Made by a program: the position numbers and the translations under genes
Source: the human T2T-CHM13v2.0 reference genome, Homo sapiens
Assembly (NCBI RefSeq): GCF_009914755.1
Contig: NC_060940.1
Length of the DNA: 64,000 bases
Reading direction: 5' to 3' (one strand)
The notes under the pieces: generated by a model
Told to the model about the DNA's origin: nothing
What the model saw: only the letters and a program-made list of their open reading frames with translations
Databases searched by the model: none
Part shown: positions 59,078 through 64,000 of the stretch, one piece after another
How positions within the stretch are numbered: position 1 is the stretch's first letter
How the letters are laid out: each line of letters begins with the position of its first letter

Positions 59078-59184
59078 AAGATTTAGAGCTTAACTAGTTA
59101 AGATTTAGAACTAGTTAAGCTCTAAATCTTAACTAGTGAAGTCCTGTTTCACTTCCCTACCAGGACTTAACTAGTTCTAAATCT
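59078..59184. repeat. Patchwork of overlapping inverted repeats with a 26-bp segment identical to 62310-62335
   Basis: 59078-59099 is the reverse complement of 59109-59130; 59101-59119 is the reverse complement of 59166-59184; 59142-59167 equals 62310-62335. Confidence 0.92.
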
Positions 59185-59770
59185 AGAAGAGTGAATTTAC
59201 GATTTCTACTATCATCATTTTAGCTCCTTGAAAATAAAATCTAAAGTAAGAGTGGCTTTCCCATACCTTAAATATCACATAGTTCATTTTCCTTAAGAAA
59301 ATTTTACCTGAAGAACAGAGATTCTTTCCAGGAGAAATGGATATTCCACATGTGCCACACCTGCTATTCTAACACTTGTGGAGGGAGGCAGTGCCCAACA
59401 TTCCCCACTCCATCCATGAACCCTATACCAGGGCCATTCAGTCCTTTTGAAAGAATTGAGTCCTTTGCCTTGGTTATTAGGAAGCAGCAGCCAGAGCCCT
59501 TCCATTCTCCTGTCTTCCCCTGGGTGCTTCCTCACTAGGACAGAGGCACAGACCTGCCTGTGGTTCTTCTCCCCCTGGACCCTGCTGCTCCCGTTCCTCA
59601 GGTGTTTGGAAGGTGGGGTGGCAGTTAGCTTTGGTGTGTTACCCACAACCCCAACGCAACTGGGGAGCTGGCCAGTGTGGATGGCTCAGCCACTCCGAGG
59701 AAGGAAAGGTTGGCCGAAGCTTCTGCCGGCCATTGCCTGCTTCAGGAGGTTTAAAAAGAAGAGAAAATAG

Positions 59771-60004
<234 letters not shown>

Positions 60005-60531
60005 TGAAATGTTAACTGTTCTTCAGTTTTATTTTAAATAACTTTGGGTGGTTTTCTTGATGATGAATTTTTAAAAATGCATCTTCAAAAGGCCCTGCCA
60101 GTATCAATTGATAGTCACAAGAGTTCTCTTCAAGCCGTATTTGCTTTGAAGTCCCATCAGGCTTTTACTCCCCACTCACCAGTTTCCCTCCTTACACAAT
60201 CTAGTAGGCTCCTTAATGAGAGCAGAATTGTTAAGGTGATGGCTTTTTACACCTGTGAGCCCTCGAACTTGACTCGGTGGGGCCTTTGTGAGCATTCTTT
60301 ATATACCACTGGTTCTGTTCCTCTGACACACACATATACTGCCTTTATTTGTTCTCCTGCCTCACCCTTTATTCCTGGCCAGTTTTCTCCCATAAGGGGC
60401 AAAAAAAAAAAAAAAAAAGGGGGATGGATGACTACTTGGTGGGTGGCTAGGAGGAAGGAAGAAGGGAGGGAAGGCTATTATGGAAGCAAGCACCCATACA
60501 CAGATTTTTTTTGTCTTTTTAAAAATTGCTC

Positions 60532-60832
60532 AGCCCGTTGTGGTGGCTCACATCTGTAACCCTAGCACGTTTTGAGGCTGAGGTGGGTGGATTGCTTGCA
60601 CCCAGGAGTTCAAGACCAGCTTGGGCAACATGGCAAGACCTCTTCTCTACAAAAAATAGAAAAATTAACCAGGTGTGGTGGCATGCACCTGTAGTCCCAG
60701 CTACTCGAGAGGCTGAGGTGGGAGGATTGCCTGAGTCCGGGGGGGCCAAGGCTGCAGTGAGCCATGATCATGCCAGTGTATTCCAGCCTGGGTGACAAAG
60801 AGTGAGGCCCTGTCTCAAAAAAAAAAAAAAAA
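60532..60832 (+). mobile_element. AluJ-like
   Basis: Alu consensus with J features. Confidence 0.92.
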
Positions 60833-60837
60833 GTAAC

Positions 60838-61107
<270 letters not shown>

Positions 61108-61961
61108 TAAAATATAAGACAATGTAAACAGATCTAAAGAAGAAAGTCAGGTTTCACCAATCATTCCACCACTTAGGAAGAGTCACATTTGTCTGGACAT
61201 TCTAAAATTTTAATTTTTGAGACAGACCATGAAAACAGGCTTTTCTCTTTTGCTTTGGAACAAGTATAAACCTGCTTTTTCTCCAATCAGTGCTATCCTG
61301 CAAGGACTCATACATTTAAAGTATTGCCAAGGGTTCAGGGAACACATTGTTTTTAAGGAGCAATTTACAGGCAGAAGGATTCTGGGGAGAGGGAGTCCCA
61401 GCTGTGTGGTGGTAACACAGAGGAAAGAACACCCGCTCCTTTCCTGGGAGGCGTCTTTTGAAGGGAGTGAGTGGGAAGGAAAATGGGAGGCTGTGACGCT
61501 CACCAAGTAACGTAAGAGCGGTGGCCCCTGGAGCGTCTCTGGGAGGACAAAAACCTGTATTATTATGTTAAAGTCTTATTTTAAGCCTTTAGAAACTCAG
61601 ATAACCTTGTAAGGACTGAAATGCAGCTCTTTGAGTTTAAACTTCTAGAACTTTGGATGATTATAAATGGATTCCTTGTCTCTGAAGGGATAACCCACTG
61701 AGATTCAGTGTTCTCGTGACTTGTATGTGGTTTTAATTATGTACGTGGTTATGTCAGACCTGGAATAGTAATTGATCTGAAAACCAACTCAGGGCAGGGG
61801 CAGGGGTGCTCATCGGTGGATGGAACTCTGAAGTCTGGCCAGCAGAGACGCATCTTCTGCACTGAGCTTAAGCCTAGCCGTCACAGACAGATGACATTAA
61901 CCTCATCCCCCACCACATTCTGCCCCCTTTGGAGGTCAGAGTGCCACAAAGAACTAGATAA

Positions 61962-62150
<189 letters not shown>

Positions 62151-63364
62151 TAAGGCAGCAGTAGCACAGTGGGGCTGGCTTTCACATCCTTTGCAGTCAA
62201 CTGTTTCTCAGATCTTAAGTTGTCCTCAGGCTAGGTGTGCTGTAGGTATAATTTAAGATTTATTATGTTAAATTGAACAAGGTTCAGAGTTGTAATCCTG
62301 TTTCAGAAATCCTGTTTCACTTCCCTACCAGGACTGTTTCTGCAGTGGTATAAAAATCACACGTCAAAAAATCATGGTAAATGAGCACTGTTCGAATTCC
62401 CTTTTTCTTTCTCCACACTCTCTTAATACGTAAGGCCGTAGTGCCTTAGGTCATAATCTTTTTCTAATGTGGTTCAGCCATTACTCCTTAGGCTCTTTTC
62501 TCTCCACATTTTAATTTTACTCCCAGGCATGTTACTACCTTCAAACCCTAGGAAAACTCGTTTCCCCTTATTTTTGTTCTGACTCTACTTGGTTAATTCC
62601 CATAAGTCAGGGTCATTCTGAGCTGATAATGCCTGTGATTTATGCCTGGGTTTCTTTGCCACCTCCTCACCAATCAGAGCTGGTCACTGAGGGGTTTGTG
62701 GCAGTGCCTTTGTGCCCGAAGTATTGTTCCCTTCGTTAGTAGGACCCATGCCATCATCCCTCCCTGTGGACACTCCTTCCAACTCTGAATTGGCCAGCAG
62801 GGGTTGTCATGAGTGTGCAATAGAATCTCTTTATTTTAGAGACAGGGTGCTGGGCCCCTCCCTGCTGGCCTGAGAAGAGAAAGCCAAGTTGAATACACTT
62901 GCTAAATTGCAGGCCTTTGCCACTCAGCCTCTGCACCTGCCAGCAGCCTTGCAGTAAGATTGCCTTTTGTCAATAAAACGATACTTCATTAGGAAGTCAG
63001 AAGATTTCCTTGTATGTTACTGAGGTAATTCAAACTTGGTACAGCAGAGAATAGGTTTTTATACCAAATACTGTATTAATTACATGAGAGCTACTGAAAT
63101 GAACACCATCAGACACATTACATTCACTAGCTTCCATTCCCTGGTTAAGAAAAATCTGGAGCTCAAAATGGATTTTTATTCTCCTAGTATAGGAATAAAG
63201 GGTTTATAAAATAATTCATCCAAGCGTTAGCTGAATTTTTGTGTTTAAGTTTTGGGTTTATCAATCTTCAGCCATAAAGAACCTACATACATAGTAGCAT
63301 TTATTTGTTACCAGTCAGCAAAATGAGTCAGAATTTCTTATACTATATAAAAACTTCCCAGGAA

Positions 63365-63806
63365 TTTTTTTTTTTTTGTAAGACAGTCTGGCTCTGTCAC
63401 CCATGCTGGAGTGCAGTGGCATAATCTGGGCTCGCTGCAACGTCTGCCTCCCAGGCTCAAGCAGTCCTCCCACCTCAGCCTCCTGAGGTGTGTGCTACCA
63501 TACCCAGCTTTTTTTTTTTTTTTTTTTTTTGAGATGGAGTTTCGCTCTTGTTGCCCAGGCTGTAATGTAATGGTGTGATCTTGGCTCTGTGCAACCTCTG
63601 CCTCCCGGGTTCAGGCGATTCTCCTGCCTCAGCCTCCTGAATAGCATGGTTGCCTATCACCATGCCTGGCTAATTTTTGTATTTTTAGTAGAGATGGAGT
63701 TTCACCATGTTGGCCAGGCTGGTCTTGAACTCCTGACCTCAGGTGATCCACTGGGCTCAGCTTCCCAAAGTGCTGGGATTACAGGCGTAAGCCACCGTGC
63801 CTGGCC
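63365..63806 (-). mobile_element. Alu right-arm fragment (63365-63507) plus AluS (63508-63806), antisense
   Basis: Two reverse-complement Alu segments. Confidence 0.92.
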
Positions 63807-64000
63807 TAGGATTTTTTTTAATTTTTATTTTTTTTCAATGAGTGTAAGTGTATGACTGCTCATGACTACTTTTTTCTTGATCACCCTAATCCTTAACATT
63901 GGTCCTTGACTTCACCAATGGTACTGGGCTGCTTTCCTTGGTTTTAAATTGCTGGTAAGCCAGTCCATTTCTTTTAGTCTTTTCGTTTAGTTTTAAAAAT

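Noticed and set aside
60044-60559. 171-aa ORF
   Set aside because: TTG start, contains a poly-A run and ends in an Alu; no homology recognised.

Overview
Human (or very close hominid) genomic DNA lying inside the NUP93 nucleoporin gene on the + strand. Five short coding exons (36296-36358, 43319-43447, 56967-57041, 59807-59896, 62010-62149) have canonical AG/GT boundaries and splice in frame to [33 protein letters not shown]...[11 protein letters not shown] recognise this as NUP93, about residues 100-265, probably exons 4-8; the numbering is recalled, not checked. The rest is intron: about 30 Alu elements or fragments, MaLR/ERV LTRs, L1/L2/MIR relics, hAT/TcMar DNA transposons and microsatellites. 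The long ORFs in the ORF track are repeat-derived or chance. I find no new multi-gene system. The most unusual element is a ~0.86-kb intronic minisatellite (45949-46812) built from a perfect 22-bp palindrome plus AAA. It carries 35 PAR-bZIP/NFIL3 D-box-type cores (GTTACGTAAC x29), and the order of its variants suggests how it arose. Other notable items: a candidate internal promoter and alternative first-exon region in a 14.6-kb Alu-free stretch; an overlapping uORF that would affect an N-terminally truncated isoform; several template-switch scars (a 207-bp dispersed duplication, and an inverted-repeat patchwork carrying a 26-bp insert also found 3.2 kb away); an interrupted intronic CTG/CTA repeat; a CTCF motif; and a four-tetrad G-quadruplex motif. 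Repeat boundaries and subfamily calls were made by eye and are approximate.
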